Virus record (IMG/VR): IMGVR_UViG_2740892234_000011
Length of the DNA stretch: 6,206 nucleotides
Direction: 5' to 3' (one strand)
Origin: a virus
Lineage: Duplodnaviria; Heunggongvirae; Uroviricota; Caudoviricetes
The notes beneath the pieces are model-generated. The model was not told the origin of the DNA and searched no databases. It saw only the letters and a list, made by a program, of their open reading frames with translations. Both the position numbers and the translations under genes were made by a program. This document shows, piece by piece, positions 5,591 to 6,206 of this stretch. Each line of letters starts with the position of its first letter. Position 1 is the first letter of the stretch.

Positions 5591-5737
5591 AAGCCCTCCT
5601 GAAAATTACCCCATGACCTGAAATCTGTTACCCTCTGAATCCCGGCGGAATTTCGGTGTCCGGTTCAGAAATATGATTAACACAACGCTGGTTGTTCGTG
5701 CCGCTTACCGGGAGCAACCAGGGGTTTNNNNNNNNNN

Positions 5738-5971
5738 CTCCTGCTCTCACGACAAATTATGTTCTGGTGCCTGTCGTAGCGGCGTATTTCGCCGTCTGGT
5801 AACGACCAGATAAGGTCCGGATCAACCACTGCAGGTTTCTTCAGCTTTGCCCTTGAGAGCTTTTTACGGGTATTTTGCCAGTCCTTACGCGCCTGTTCAG
5901 ACGGGAATAACCCGTAACCAGAGTTGTATACATCGCCACTGGCAACCAGCTCTCTGGCCAGAACGCTCATC
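5738..5971 (-). CDS. Partial CDS: internal fragment of a second, diverged Ren-like gene copy, bounded by N-gaps on both sides
   Basis: Translation MSVLARELVASGDVYNSGYGLFPSEQARKDWQNTRKKLSRAKLKKPAVVDPDLIWSLPDGEIRRYDRHQNIICRESR parallels residues 44-120 of the 5168..5590 product with several substitutions. Confidence 0.45.
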
Positions 5972-5981
5972 NNNNNNNNNN

Positions 5982-6206
5982 AGCCAGGTATCTTGTGTAA
6001 CGCCTCACACCATCCAGCATGGCCTCTGGTGGCACCCCCTCGCGTAATCTGGCCTTCCAGGCACTGAAAGCGGATTTCTTCGGGTTTGCCCCGGCTCGTA
6101 ACGGGTATTCCCGCCAGACCTGCTCGAACACATCCGGATAATCCACTCGTCCCACAGGCTGCCCGGTGTTTTCCGGGACTACCCGATCGGCTTCCCGCTG
6201 AATGGC
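5982..6206 (-). CDS. Partial CDS, truncated at both ends: prophage early-region protein, probably replication-associated
   Basis: Minus-strand frame open from the window end to the gap: AIQREADRVVPENTGQPVGRVDYPDVFEQVWREYPLRAGANPKKSAFSAWKARLREGVPPEAMLDGVRRYTRYLA. No family recognised with confidence. Confidence 0.45.

Noticed and set aside
5418-5621. 67-aa plus-strand ORF antisense to the Ren-like gene
   Set aside because: Antisense shadow ORF with a Ser/Thr/Pro-rich product and no ribosome-binding site.
5677-6155. Track ORFs 5677..5970 -, 5847..6047 + and 5967..6155 - as complete proteins
   Set aside because: All cross the N-gaps at 5728-5737 or 5972-5981, so their ends are artefacts; only the within-block parts are reported as partial CDSs. 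The 16-codon tail at 5677-5727 is in an arbitrary frame relative to the gap; another frame stays open to about 5628.

Overview
The window looks like part of a lambdoid prophage from an E. coli-like enterobacterium, covering the stretch between the replication/ren genes and the Q-proximal genes, all transcribed on the minus strand. It is not one clean contig: six runs of exactly 10 N (426-435, 870-879, 1447-1456, 2154-2163, 5728-5737, 5972-5981) separate seven blocks, and several blocks are diverged copies of the same genes, so adjacency across gaps is unverified. Left to right: three tiled partial copies of a YdfU-like gene and a small Arg/Cys-rich gene; a hok/mok/sok-type type I toxin-antitoxin locus with a HokD/Gef-like toxin; an AT-rich cargo of about 2.3 kb (2320-4612); then a translationally coupled trio led by a lambda Ren-like gene, and partial replication-region genes. 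The main hunt result is the cargo: a convergent gene pair, a 365-aa protein I cannot assign to any family and a 192-aa protein with a PD-(D/E)xK nuclease-type signature, which I propose as a candidate uncharacterised phage-defence module. No rRNA, tRNA, CRISPR array or IS element was seen. All family assignments are from reading translations and from memory; no database search was run.
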